Part shown: piece by piece, positions 40,517 through 51,327 of the stretch
Position numbering within the stretch: position 1 is the first letter of the stretch
Layout: every line of letters begins with the position of its first letter
Source of the DNA: Clostridia bacterium
GTDB lineage: Bacteria; Bacillota; Clostridia; TANB77; CAG-465
DNA: 64,000 bases
Direction: 5' to 3'
Assembly: GCA_030524345.1 (NCBI GenBank)
Contig: JAUNGP010000006.1
Location: 15,105 to 79,104 of the forward strand
The notes under the pieces: model-generated
What the model saw: the letters and a program-made list of their open reading frames with translations, nothing else
Database searches by the model: none
What the model was told of the DNA's origin: nothing
Translations under genes and position numbers: made by a program

Positions 40517-43500
40517 TCATATCACCCTCCATATTATCTTTTGTATTTTCATTTAAAAGCTCTGTTGCTTTTTCAGTAGCAGATTCTTCGTTTTTCTCAA
40601 AACATAAGAATTCAGATATGTTTTGTATATATCTTCTAGAAAGATATGTAAGTAATGTTATTTCTTGTTTTGTCAAATTACTGATATTTAAGATATATAT
40701 ATCACCCTTACTTTGTTCCATATATACCGCTCTATCAATTCTTGTCTTAATATACCTATATATTGGACCATCTTGCTTTTGTGGTTCATCTATTAATACT
40801 ATGATATCTAAGTCAATTTTCCTATTTTTTACATAGTCCATAAAGTTAATCACTTCATTGATGATTCCTGCATCTTCTATTTTATTAATATGTACAAGAA
40901 TAATCGGTAAATCTCCAGATATTGAATATTTCCAAAGTGCTGATTGATTTAAATTTTCATCCCAGAATTTTTCATCCTCTGTAATACTCTTTTTAATCAA
41001 AACATCTTTTAAAATGTTATTATATACCTCTGCTCTAGTTGGCTCTAATTTTAAATATCTTGCTACAACACTATTTAATTCATTTGTAAGTTTACATTGA
41101 TCTTCTATTCCATCCTTATCTAGGTTTAATATTGCATTTGATATTTTATATCTACTATCTGCAACACCTAAAACATAATAAAATTCTTGTCTTTCATAAG
41201 GCTCTAAGATAATTCTTGCCCTATAGGATAAAACTGGCCATAATGGATACCTTACAATATTTTCATCATATGAAGTCTCATCGTTATTAAATAACTTTTG
41301 CTTTTCTGTTTCCACTTCTTTTTCAAGATCGATTCCAACAAGTTTTGCAAACACATATAATTCTTTATCATCGTCTGATTTCTTTCTTTTGCTTGCAACC
41401 AATACATCTAAATCTTCGTCATAGTAAGTTTCGATCTGTAAATTACTAAATGAAGGATGAACAATTCCTGTCATATAATCAGTCATTGCGGGTTCAACAT
41501 AGGTATTAATGATAATTTCCTTTTTAGTATTTCCATTATTATATACACTAATTTTTTTCATTTCTGCATTAAATTCTGGTGATATAGATATTGTTGTAGC
41601 GGTCTCTAAATCTCCTGCTACAAGTGTACATTCAACATTGTTTAATGAACTCACCCATTTACATTTGTCCGTATTTTTATTAAATTTACTATGTATATTG
41701 CAATCTGTAACAGAAATAGTATTTCCAGTAGTCTTATCAGTAAGATATACAAAATTTCCACTTGTTTCAAGTTCAGTATATCTTTGTCTATTTACAATTT
41801 TATCTTTATACCTTAAAAAGCTTGCTCCATTATTGCTAATCATACTTGATAGATGAGAGCCCTTTAAAAATGCAATATTTAATTTATTACTTGCATCATT
41901 TGGTGTAATATATTTTCTATCTGCATAAGTATAACTAACATATGTAGTATATTTTTGTGTATTTTTCTGTTTAAATTTATTTTCTTTGTCCTTTGCACCC
42001 TTTTTAATATTGGCTTTTATTCTCTCACGCTCTTTTAATAATATTTCACATGCTTTTATATTTGGATTGGAATGAAATCTTGACTTGATAACTCCATGAT
42101 TTATATAATTATTAATTGCAGTCAGTATCATACCCTGATGGTGCGCCATATATGTTTTGGCTATCTCACACTCAGCACCTGCATGTAAGTTTTCCTTTGT
42201 GTAGTCAATAGACTCATAAAATCCATAAGAAGAATATAATCCCAGTTCTTTTAACCTATTCATATTTTTATATACTCTGACTGGATCTATTTCTATCATA
42301 AGGATTGAAGAATATGGAGATATTACAAGTGAGTCATTAAGCCCTCTTTTTAATCCAAGCCAAGGTATTCCAAATGCTTTATACTGATAATTTAATTCAT
42401 CATCTTTTACAGCATATGCAGATTCAGATATTCCCCAAGCAACATTATTTGCTTTTGCATATTTTAATTGACTATATTTTGTAAAGAAGAGTGACTGATC
42501 AATTAAAGTATGCTCATAGGATTTATTAAATAGAAATGGCATAAAATACTCAAATGCTGTACCAGTCCAAGATATTAGTCCTTTATATCCATCCAAGCTC
42601 ACTAGGTTTCTTGCTAAAGCAAACCAGTGCTTTGAAGTCACTTGCTTTGATGCAATTGCAATCAAACTTGTTGTTCTACTCTCTGACATTAACATATCAT
42701 AATAGCTATCTACTAGCGTTCCATTTTCCACTGCATATCCAATCGAAAATAAATTTCTAGAAGTATCATATAATTTGGAAAAGTCCGCTTCCTCTATAAT
42801 ACTTTCAGTAATGTCAAGCATCCCATCAATTCTTTCTTGATACTCGGCAATAAAATCTTTGATACTATACGATTTATCTTTCTTTAAATCATATAAAAAT
42901 TCTCTTGCTACATAAAGACAAGATATAAAATTTCCACTGTCAACCGTAGAAACAAATCTAGGTCGTAATGGTTCTAATGTTTTAATATTATACCAATTAT
43001 ATAAGTGACCATTCCAGGTTTCTAACTTTTCAATAGTGTTATATATATTTTCTAACCTTTTAATCATATCCGCTTTATTAATAAAGCCTAAATCATAAGC
43101 ATCAATAATTGCAAGTATCCCAAATCCAATATTAGTAGAAGATGTTCTATTTGCTATTTTGTGCCTTCTATTTTCTTGAAAATTATCTGTAGGTAAATAA
43201 TTATTCGTTGGACTCATCATCGTATCAAAGAAAGTCCAAGTTCTTTTAGCTACTTCTAATACCTCTTCCTTTTCTTTTTCCTCCAATGGTTTTATTCTAC
43301 CTACTAAATGATCCTTTCCAAGTAAATAACAAAGCATTGGTCCAAGTAAAAATGAAATTGCTACAAATATTTTAAAGTCTATTAATACAACTGCCTCAGT
43401 ATCTAATGCAAATGGAACAAACAAAATGAAAAGTCCTACAATTACATTAATAAACATATTAGAATAATAATATGATAAACTATCTTTTGCTGATTTTTCT

Positions 43501-46133
43501 AGCATTTCTCCTGTTGTCCATTGTAGTAAATTCTTTTTAGAAATCAACATTCTATAAAGTGACATCGTAAATGCACTAATACAATTATATGCCCTATATG
43601 GCATTGTAACAAAATGAAAGCACATTGTAAGAAAATCAGCACTAGCTCCATGAATAATAGGAATATATTGCACATCTTTTGTGTGTCTTACTTTACCATA
43701 TAATATAATATCAATAATTGAGAGTACATATCCAAAATTTAAAGCTACAAAACTTAATAAAGTGGTCACTATGAAAGTCTCTTTTGATACAAATATCGAT
43801 ACAATAATAGCAATTAGGGCAAATACATCTAAAAGGGGTCTTCTTAAATTATCAAATATTTTCCATTTAGATAATATGTTAAGTTTTGATTTTGGACTGA
43901 TCAGCCATCTAATGATTTGCATGTCTCCCCTATACCATCTATGATTTCTTTTCATATATGCTATATAATTATTTGGAAAACCATCTTGAAGTTCAACATC
44001 TGATGCAAGTCCTGCCCTTATAAACGATCCTTCTAGTAAATCATGACTTAATACCAAATTTTCTGGTATTTCTTTTCCAAGTAACTTTTCAAAAAGTTCT
44101 ATATTATAGATTCCTTTTCCACAAAATATAGCTTCTCCAAAAACATCTTGATAAACATTTGCTATCGCATTTGTGTAAATGTCAAGGCCACCTACACCCC
44201 CAAATATTTTGGAAAATATACTTTTATTTGCAGCTTCTATGTCAAGACCTACAGAAGGTGTGATAAGGCCATATCCCTTTTCTACAATTTTTCCATTTTG
44301 AGATAATACTGGCTGGTTTAATGGATGAGCGATAATCGATACTAAATCCTTTGCAGTATTAAGTGATAATTGGCTATCTTCATCCATTGTGATTGCATAT
44401 TTTGCAGGCATAATATCATCATAGATAAGATACATTGCTCTACTTATTTCCTCTTGGCTTAAATTTCCAAGAATCAATTTATTAAACTGTGAAAGAGCCC
44501 CTCTTTTTCTCTCCCATCCCATATAGCAGCCTTCACCTTTAGAATATACACGTTTTCTATATATAAAATTAAATATTTTATGTTCAGATTCATACTTTTC
44601 ATTTAATTCATCTAATCTTTTCTTTGCATATTCAACTATTTTTTTGTCAATACTAATCGTTTCCCTATCACTAGAAATACAATCTCCAAGGAGCATATAA
44701 TACATATTCTCGCTTCTATTAGAAAGATATGTAACTTCCATTTTTTTAATCATGTCATCTAATTTTTCTACAGAAGAGATCACTGTTGGCATAACAACAT
44801 AGGTTGGATATTTCTTATCAACCGTTTTGGCAAAATCAAATCTAGGTAATACTTTAGGATGTATCATTTTTCTAAGTAGATAACTTAGTATTTTATCAGA
44901 AGCCTCCAAAGAAAATACAAAGGCGATGATATAAAAGAATATATTGATCCCTAAATATTCAAAATGAATTAACTCTCTGCCAACAAAATAAGTTATTAAC
45001 GCAGCAATCAATAATAAAAAAGAAATGTAAATATGTGCTTTGATTGGTTGTATACACTTATAATAAAGTCTATCAGTAAAATAAGATTTATTAAGCTCCT
45101 TTTTTAAAAGATATTTTTCTTCACCAATTAGGAAAAAACCAACATGTTTTTTATACTTATGTGAACATTCTACTGCTTTTTTAGCTACATATGCTTCCGA
45201 CAAATTATACTTTTTAGCAAGCCTTATAATATAGCTTCTATATCTTCCTTTTGTTTTATAATCACATTTTTTAAATTCATTTGTATAATCTTTTCTTAAG
45301 GTTTCATCAATTTTATTTACTTTTTCAAATATTTCCCTAAAATTAAGTCCCTGTAATTGCTTATATGCAAGTATTGCTCTTCCTATATAATCTGTCGTTT
45401 TAGCAATTTCCATATGCTCTTTTACAATTGCCTCTTCTACTGTAAATCCAATCTTATCTGCTTCTTCTGTTAATATATTAAAAAAGCTCTCTCCTTTTGG
45501 GCCAAGTTCTTTTAATCTATATGCCATATATTCTACTAATGCTGTATTTGTATGTTTTATTTTAGAATAATCTGTTAATGCTGTTTTATTAAAGCCTTTA
45601 AAAAAATTAAAATCATGATATAATTCTTTTACCAATTTATCAGTAGAAAGATTTTCATTGGAAAGGATTTTTTCAACTTCCATTTTTCTCATCTGAGAAT
45701 TTGATATATTAACACAAATTCTTGCTATAAACTTTAATAATGCCATTTTTAACATTAGAACAAATAAATCTAGCTCTTCCGAAGTAAGGTATGATAACTT
45801 CTGATGTTCCTTTAAACAATTTAATATAATATTTTTATCAATATATCCCGTATTTTTTTCCACTAGCTCATAAGCTAAGAAAAAAATGCTAATGCACTTA
45901 TCACCATTATTTGTTTTTATCACCGGCAATTTTTTGTTTTTTAGTATTCTTCTAGATTCTTTTATTTCATCGTATTCTTGTTCTATGATATACATATTGT
46001 CTAGTATCCATTGCCCAGCAGAATGTATCTGTATTTTCATATCATAAGTTTTCTCTAAAATCTTATGCGTTTTTGCTATTATTTTATAATTTTTTTCTGC
46101 TTCATTAAATGTGGCTTTTAGCGAATTTTTCAT
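40503..46133 (-). CDS. cyclic beta-1,2-glucan synthase-like protein (N-terminal domain plus GT84 glycosyltransferase plus TM region plus central glucan-processing domain)
   Basis: 1876 aa. The GT84-type motif GWERKRGAL and DxD-containing region (ITMDEDSQL). Multiple TM helices after the GT domain. Large alpha-helical central domain. Confidence 0.7.
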   Translation of the reverse strand: MKNSLKATFNEAEKNYKIIAKTHKILEKTYDMKIQIHSAGQWILDNMYIIEQEYDEIKESRRILKNKKLPVIKTNNGDKCISIFFLAYELVEKNTGYIDKNIILNCLKEHQKLSYLTSEELDLFVLMLKMALLKFIARICVNISNSQMRKMEVEKILSNENLSTDKLVKELYHDFNFFKGFNKTALTDYSKIKHTNTALVEYMAYRLKELGPKGESFFNILTEEADKIGFTVEEAIVKEHMEIAKTTDYIGRAILAYKQLQGLNFREIFEKVNKIDETLRKDYTNEFKKCDYKTKGRYRSYIIRLAKKYNLSEAYVAKKAVECSHKYKKHVGFFLIGEEKYLLKKELNKSYFTDRLYYKCIQPIKAHIYISFLLLIAALITYFVGRELIHFEYLGINIFFYIIAFVFSLEASDKILSYLLRKMIHPKVLPRFDFAKTVDKKYPTYVVMPTVISSVEKLDDMIKKMEVTYLSNRSENMYYMLLGDCISSDRETISIDKKIVEYAKKRLDELNEKYESEHKIFNFIYRKRVYSKGEGCYMGWERKRGALSQFNKLILGNLSQEEISRAMYLIYDDIMPAKYAITMDEDSQLSLNTAKDLVSIIAHPLNQPVLSQNGKIVEKGYGLITPSVGLDIEAANKSIFSKIFGGVGGLDIYTNAIANVYQDVFGEAIFCGKGIYNIELFEKLLGKEIPENLVLSHDLLEGSFIRAGLASDVELQDGFPNNYIAYMKRNHRWYRGDMQIIRWLISPKSKLNILSKWKIFDNLRRPLLDVFALIAIIVSIFVSKETFIVTTLLSFVALNFGYVLSIIDIILYGKVRHTKDVQYIPIIHGASADFLTMCFHFVTMPYRAYNCISAFTMSLYRMLISKKNLLQWTTGEMLEKSAKDSLSYYYSNMFINVIVGLFILFVPFALDTEAVVLIDFKIFVAISFLLGPMLCYLLGKDHLVGRIKPLEEKEKEEVLEVAKRTWTFFDTMMSPTNNYLPTDNFQENRRHKIANRTSSTNIGFGILAIIDAYDLGFINKADMIKRLENIYNTIEKLETWNGHLYNWYNIKTLEPLRPRFVSTVDSGNFISCLYVAREFLYDLKKDKSYSIKDFIAEYQERIDGMLDITESIIEEADFSKLYDTSRNLFSIGYAVENGTLVDSYYDMLMSESRTTSLIAIASKQVTSKHWFALARNLVSLDGYKGLISWTGTAFEYFMPFLFNKSYEHTLIDQSLFFTKYSQLKYAKANNVAWGISESAYAVKDDELNYQYKAFGIPWLGLKRGLNDSLVISPYSSILMIEIDPVRVYKNMNRLKELGLYSSYGFYESIDYTKENLHAGAECEIAKTYMAHHQGMILTAINNYINHGVIKSRFHSNPNIKACEILLKERERIKANIKKGAKDKENKFKQKNTQKYTTYVSYTYADRKYITPNDASNKLNIAFLKGSHLSSMISNNGASFLRYKDKIVNRQRYTELETSGNFVYLTDKTTGNTISVTDCNIHSKFNKNTDKCKWVSSLNNVECTLVAGDLETATTISISPEFNAEMKKISVYNNGNTKKEIIINTYVEPAMTDYMTGIVHPSFSNLQIETYYDEDLDVLVASKRKKSDDDKELYVFAKLVGIDLEKEVETEKQKLFNNDETSYDENIVRYPLWPVLSYRARIILEPYERQEFYYVLGVADSRYKISNAILNLDKDGIEDQCKLTNELNSVVARYLKLEPTRAEVYNNILKDVLIKKSITEDEKFWDENLNQSALWKYSISGDLPIILVHINKIEDAGIINEVINFMDYVKNRKIDLDIIVLIDEPQKQDGPIYRYIKTRIDRAVYMEQSKGDIYILNISNLTKQEITLLTYLSRRYIQNISEFLCFEKNEESATEKATELLNENTKDNMEGDMIDGV

Positions 46134-46417
46134 ATTAAATCAAACCTTTCATATATATTTTAACCTACATACATGATTATATAATAAAAAGAATTATTTT
46201 GCAACATAAAAAAGCTATATTCAAGCTAAAAAAAGACAGAATAATACTTTATTTTTCTATTCATATTTTATGCACAAAAGATATTCTTTATTATACCATC
46301 AGCATTGTAATATTATGTAAAATATGATATAATATTTTGGAATTTATAATAGATTTTAAAAGAATAATTTCTTTAATACACTTATTCTTTTAAAATAAAA
46401 AATAGGAGGAATTTGAT

Positions 46418-47836
46418 ATGTTAAACGCTATTAGTAACCATGACTTCAAAGAATTTGGATGTCCAAACTGTGGCTGTGATTTTGCCTACAATTCGTGTGG
46501 TATCAGCGGTATGGGTGCAATGCCTGCAAAATGTGGAGAATGTAACCATGAATTTGTTATCTTAGCAGATGGGCTCACAGAATCTCCAATAGGATTTGGC
46601 ACAGAAAACCAAAATGAATATTACCATCCAAAACTTCAGACACATCCAAGAAAAGGTACACCTAAACACAAATTTGTACGGCCCGATCTTAGACCAGAAA
46701 ATGGTATAGGTGAATTTTGTAGTCCGCGGGGTGTTGGATATGATCTTGCATGCTTTGTAAAAAGTAAAGAAGCAGGTCAGCGAATCGTGCAAATGTTTGA
46801 AAAAATTGCTGCCAAAAGAAAGAAAAAAGCACAAGGCTGTAAATGCTTTGTATGTGGCCACAGTCCTGCCTGGCTTGACTACAGACCTCACGAGCCATTA
46901 TGGATACAGGTTAAAATTCAATATTGTAGCAAACATGAAAGAAATATTTCTGTACTTTCACAATTGATTGCAAAAGACGGAATTATCACAGAAGATAAAA
47001 TCATGCAAGCTATTAATTTTGAAGAGACGTTTGAAAATTTGTGGAATTTTGTAGTATGTCATTCTGTTTACAATGTTGTTGACTTAGAATTTTTACAGAA
47101 CTTGTTAAAAGATCCTAATCAACTTACAAAACAAGATAAAAGTCTTATGGAAATCGACTATAAATATCATAAAAATATTTTGGCGATGTTCCACTCTTTT
47201 GGATTTTATCTACAATTTAATGACTTGCTGAAAAACAATAGAACTAATATGGCTTATCTTGCTGCAGAACAATATGGTCAAGCTATTTCTTTTGTATTTA
47301 ATCATTCTGTAAATCCAGATGGTTTAGAGAAAAAAACTTACCTTTCTCTCTCTAACGAAATAAAGGAAATGCTTATGGCCTATCCATATGTAAATGTCTC
47401 AAGCACATATTGTGATTTTAAAACGGCTCGCGTGGATGAGTTAACTAAAAAATACCAAAAAACATTAACAGAGCAAAACTTTGCATTTACCTTCAGAAAT
47501 CTTTGGAACAAAATCATTAAAATGCATGTTTATGATTGTATTGATATTGAATATTTAAGAAAACTCTCAGATCCCAAAGAACCCAATCCTGACTTTTCTG
47601 ATACAGATATCATTACAATGTTTCATGCATATGGTCTATATCTTCAGGTTACCATATTACTCAATGAAGAAAATGTGAAAATGGCAGCGTTTGCCGTAGA
47701 GCAGTTTTCTAACACATTAACTTCTCATTTTAACCTGGACTTTGAAAATCAAATGGAAAGAGAAAAATATAAAAATCTTTTCATGGACCTTGCCGTATTA
47801 CTCAATTCCTACTGGAATAAAAAACACTTAGATTAA
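46418..47836 (+). CDS. hypothetical Cys-rich protein with internal ~120-aa tandem repeats
   Basis: N-terminal CPNCGC...CGECNHEF and CKCFVCGH zinc-ribbon-like clusters. Two repeats (FENLWNFVVCHSVYNVVDLEFLQNL... vs FRNLWNKIIKMHVYDCIDIEYLRKL...). GC-elevated. Confidence 0.5.
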   Translation: MLNAISNHDFKEFGCPNCGCDFAYNSCGISGMGAMPAKCGECNHEFVILADGLTESPIGFGTENQNEYYHPKLQTHPRKGTPKHKFVRPDLRPENGIGEFCSPRGVGYDLACFVKSKEAGQRIVQMFEKIAAKRKKKAQGCKCFVCGHSPAWLDYRPHEPLWIQVKIQYCSKHERNISVLSQLIAKDGIITEDKIMQAINFEETFENLWNFVVCHSVYNVVDLEFLQNLLKDPNQLTKQDKSLMEIDYKYHKNILAMFHSFGFYLQFNDLLKNNRTNMAYLAAEQYGQAISFVFNHSVNPDGLEKKTYLSLSNEIKEMLMAYPYVNVSSTYCDFKTARVDELTKKYQKTLTEQNFAFTFRNLWNKIIKMHVYDCIDIEYLRKLSDPKEPNPDFSDTDIITMFHAYGLYLQVTILLNEENVKMAAFAVEQFSNTLTSHFNLDFENQMEREKYKNLFMDLAVLLNSYWNKKHLD

Positions 47837-47883
47837 AAAAATAACCATAAGCTTAATAATTAGCTTATGGTTATTTTTATGAT

Positions 47884-49695
47884 TTATTTTTTACCACTTC
47901 TAAATCTCAATGTAGGATCTAGTATTTTCTTTCTAAGTCTGATATTTTCTGGTGTTACTTCAACAAGCTCGTCATCTCCAATAAATTCAATTGATTGCTC
48001 TAATGTCATTTTTTTCACTGGAACAAGTTTTAATGCATCATCACTACCAGATGCTCTTGTATTTGTTAAATGTTTTTCTTTACATACATTGATTGTCAAA
48101 TCATCGCTTCTTGAATTTTCGCCAACAATCATTCCAACATAAACTTCAGTACCAGGTGTAATGAATAATGTTGAACGTTCTTGCGCTTGGAAAAGTCCAT
48201 ATCCTGTAGCTTTACCTTGTTCAAAAGCAATAACGGCCCCTCTTGGTCTTGTTGTAATTTCACCTTTATCTGGCTCATAGCCTGCAAACATATGATTCAT
48301 GATACCATTTCCTTTAGTATCTGTCATAAATTCCCCTCTATAGCCTATAAGGCCACGAGCAGGTATTTTAAACTCTAATCTACTATATCCAATTTGTGAA
48401 GCGGAAGCTGTCATATTAGTCATTTCACCTTTTCTCTGACCAATTTTTTCCATAACTACACCCACAAATTCTTCTGGAACATCAATAATTAAATCTTCCA
48501 TTGGTTCACATTTAACGCCATCTATTTCTTTATAAATAACAGTAGGTCTTGATACTAAAAGTTCAAATCCTTCTCTTCTCATATTTTCTATTAAGATAGA
48601 CAAGTGTAACTCTCCCCTACCAGATACTTTAAAGCTATCTGCACTATCTGTATCTTCTACTCTTAAAGATACATTTTTCTCAAGTTCTTTGTATAGTCTA
48701 TCTCTCAAATGTCTAGATGTAATAAATTTTCCTTCTTTTCCTGCAAAAGGTCCATTATTTACACTAAATGTCATAGAAACAGTTGGCTCATCAATATTAA
48801 CAAATTCTACTGCTTCAGGGTTTTGAACATCAGCTATTGTTTCACCAATTTCAATTCCTTCCACTCCATTTACAGCCACAATATCACCACAATAAGCAAC
48901 TTCTGCTTCTACTCTATTTAGTCCGGAATAAGTAAATAGTTTACCGATCTTAATATTTTCTACTCTACCATCTTTCTTACAAAGGGCTACTTGTTGACCA
49001 TTTTTTATGGTACCTCTCTCTATTCTTCCTATCCCCACTCTTCCTGTGTATTCATCAGAATCAATATTTGTTACAAGGAGTTGTAAAGGCTCATCTTTAT
49101 CTCCCTTTGGCTCTGGAACAGTATTAATAATTGTTTCAAATAATGGTTGCATATTATCACTTTCATCATCTAATGATAATTTTGCAAAGCCATTCTTACC
49201 AGATGCGTATACTACCTTAAAATCAAGTTGTTCATCATTTGCATCTAAATCCATAAATAGCTCTAGTACTTCATCAACAACTTCTGTTGGCCTAGCACCA
49301 GGTCTATCAATTTTATTAATAACTACAATTGGGACTAAATTTAGAGCTAATGCTTTACTAAGTACAAATCTTGTTTGAGGCATTGGTCCATCAAAAGCAT
49401 CTACAACAAGAATTACACCATCAACCATTTTTAGTACACGTTCTACTTCTCCACCAAAATCAGCATGTCCAGGAGTATCAACAATATTTATTTTAATATC
49501 TTTGTACTGAATTGCTGTATTTTTAGATAAAATTGTAATTCCTCTTTCTCTTTCTATATCATTAGAATCCATTACACGTTCTGCTACTTTTTCATTACTT
49601 CTAAATGTTCCGCTTTGCTTTAAAAGTGCATCTACAAGTGTAGTTTTACCATGGTCAACGTGTGCTATGATGGCCACATTTCTTAAGTTTTTCAT
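47884..49695 (-). CDS. typA: translational GTPase TypA/BipA
   Basis: [14 protein letters not shown]1 motif. Full EF-G-like domain order without domain IV. 603 aa. Confidence 0.95.
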   Translation of the reverse strand: MKNLRNVAIIAHVDHGKTTLVDALLKQSGTFRSNEKVAERVMDSNDIERERGITILSKNTAIQYKDIKINIVDTPGHADFGGEVERVLKMVDGVILVVDAFDGPMPQTRFVLSKALALNLVPIVVINKIDRPGARPTEVVDEVLELFMDLDANDEQLDFKVVYASGKNGFAKLSLDDESDNMQPLFETIINTVPEPKGDKDEPLQLLVTNIDSDEYTGRVGIGRIERGTIKNGQQVALCKKDGRVENIKIGKLFTYSGLNRVEAEVAYCGDIVAVNGVEGIEIGETIADVQNPEAVEFVNIDEPTVSMTFSVNNGPFAGKEGKFITSRHLRDRLYKELEKNVSLRVEDTDSADSFKVSGRGELHLSILIENMRREGFELLVSRPTVIYKEIDGVKCEPMEDLIIDVPEEFVGVVMEKIGQRKGEMTNMTASASQIGYSRLEFKIPARGLIGYRGEFMTDTKGNGIMNHMFAGYEPDKGEITTRPRGAVIAFEQGKATGYGLFQAQERSTLFITPGTEVYVGMIVGENSRSDDLTINVCKEKHLTNTRASGSDDALKLVPVKKMTLEQSIEFIGDDELVEVTPENIRLRKKILDPTLRFRSGKK

Positions 49696-49859
49696 CTTTA
49701 TATCATCCTTTCTAAAACATTTTCATTCCTAAATAAAATTGTCCAAAAATATAACCTAAAATAAAATCACCTAGGTCATATATAAATTTCCGTATATATC
49801 ATATATATATTTACCGAAATATTATACTACAATATATACTATTTGTCAACATAAAGTGA

Positions 49860-50294
49860 CTAATTATCAGAAAACAACTTATTCATCACTTGAAAGCTAT
49901 TTAAAAGTTCTTCCCTTTCCTTTTCTGAAAGTCCTTCCCAGTTCTTTTTATATTTTTTACTTAAAAAATCATTTAATTCCATAATTACTAGTCTTCCTTG
50001 TTTGGTAAGTGATACATCTACTACTCTTTCATCATACTTTTTTCTAAGCCTTAAAGTATAACCTTTTTTCTCAAGTCTTTTACACTGGGCAGACATATTC
50101 CCTGTATCCATGCTCATTTCACTACTTAACTCCCCTATATTTAAAGTTCCTTCTTCAAATAAAACAGCAAGTATTTGATACTGCAAATATGTTATTTTAT
50201 GCTTATAGCAAAAAGGACGTAAAGCTTCCATAAGTCCATTTTCCATATTTCTATTTAACTTATCAATTGTATTTTTATATGTAATAAAATTCAT
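49860..50294 (-). CDS. MarR family transcriptional regulator
   Basis: Winged-helix region LQYQILAVLFEEG...IGELS...DERVVDVSLTKQG. Confidence 0.8.
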   Translation of the reverse strand: MNFITYKNTIDKLNRNMENGLMEALRPFCYKHKITYLQYQILAVLFEEGTLNIGELSSEMSMDTGNMSAQCKRLEKKGYTLRLRKKYDERVVDVSLTKQGRLVIMELNDFLSKKYKKNWEGLSEKEREELLNSFQVMNKLFSDN

Positions 50295-50477
50295 ATAAAT
50301 CCTCCTTTAAAAAAACTATATTTCTATTAAAAATATATGTATTTCACATATTATATAATTTATATGAAATTAATGCAATAGTAATCCCCCATTTTTTGAT
50401 AAATTTTCTAATTTATGATATAATAATAGTAGTAATATTTTTTATATCTATAAAATAATTTTTAAGGAGGAACGACT

Positions 50478-50678
50478 ATGTTCAAAAAAATGGTGAAAGA
50501 TGTAAAAAGCGTAAGGAGACTGATTGAAGTGAAAAAGGCAGCTGGTTTTACTGTTGGCAACAAAAAGATGATCAACGGCGGTCATACGCTACTGATCAAT
50601 TTGAAAGCTCCTGACGGTCACTGTGACGAACAAGTCTTAAGACACGGATTCAATCCGTTATTGGCTATGTTTGTCTAA
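50478..50678 (+). CDS. small hypothetical protein (66 aa), GC-elevated, strongly signalled
   Basis: TTGATA, 17 nt, TATAAT promoter. AAGGAGG SD. Terminator ggcgaccaactggtcgcc followed by a T-run. Confidence 0.55.
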   Translation: MFKKMVKDVKSVRRLIEVKKAAGFTVGNKKMINGGHTLLINLKAPDGHCDEQVLRHGFNPLLAMFV

Positions 50679-50684
50679 ACATCA

Positions 50685-50712
50685 AAACGGCGACCAACTG
50701 GTCGCCCTTATT
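50685..50712 (+). terminator. rho-independent terminator
   Basis: GC-rich 8-bp stem ggcgacca/tggtcgcc followed by CTTATTTTTTTATTTT. Confidence 0.85.
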
Positions 50713-50715
50713 TTT

Positions 50716-51327
50716 TTATTTTATTTTGACATTATTTTTCTTTTCATAATCTCCTTTTAATTTATATGCCTCATCTAACATACTCTTAGCAAACTCATTT
50801 AATTTTGCTTTATCCTCAGCAATTTCCTTTGTAACATATACTGGTTTTCCATAAATCACATATACCTTAGAAAATAGCCTAGCATTTTTTGTAAGATATA
50901 CTGGTATAATTGGTACATTTGCTTTATATGCAATATATGCAGCTCCAACTTTGGCAATACCTTTTTCTTTATCCTTTTTGATTCTTTTTCCCTCAGGAAA
51001 AATTAAAAGTTTTCTTTTTTCTCCCTCACTAAATATATTAATAGCATGCATAACACTTTTGACGTCTTTCTCTCCCCTACGAATTGGAAAAACATGGCAC
51101 TTTCTAAATAAATATCCAAAAAATTTATATTTAAAGAGTTCAGCTTTTGCCATAATCCATAAATTATCAGTTTTTGCATATATCCATAAGGGTTCTAGCG
51201 TATTGGAATGATTTGGACATATTAAACATTTATCAAGATTTTCCTCTGCCTCTTTATTGACATACCTTACTCTATATAAAAAATGGCATACCACAATATT
51301 AATAATGAATTTTACAAATTTAATCAT
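50716..51327 (-). CDS. plsC: 1-acyl-sn-glycerol-3-phosphate acyltransferase family protein
   Basis: ICPNHSNTLEP (HxxxxD/E acyltransferase box) and FPEGKR motif. Overlaps cmk by 4 nt. Confidence 0.75.
   Translation of the reverse strand: MIKFVKFIINIVVCHFLYRVRYVNKEAEENLDKCLICPNHSNTLEPLWIYAKTDNLWIMAKAELFKYKFFGYLFRKCHVFPIRRGEKDVKSVMHAINIFSEGEKRKLLIFPEGKRIKKDKEKGIAKVGAAYIAYKANVPIIPVYLTKNARLFSKVYVIYGKPVYVTKEIAEDKAKLNEFAKSMLDEAYKLKGDYEKKNNVKIK

Noticed and set aside
38462-46133. Glucan-synthase pair as a frameshifted pseudogene
   Set aside because: The downstream ORF begins exactly at the start of a complete GH94 module (N-terminal beta-sandwich motif present) with an ATGA-type overlap. This looks like a genuine two-gene arrangement. 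I keep it as a finding to be checked rather than calling it a pseudogene.
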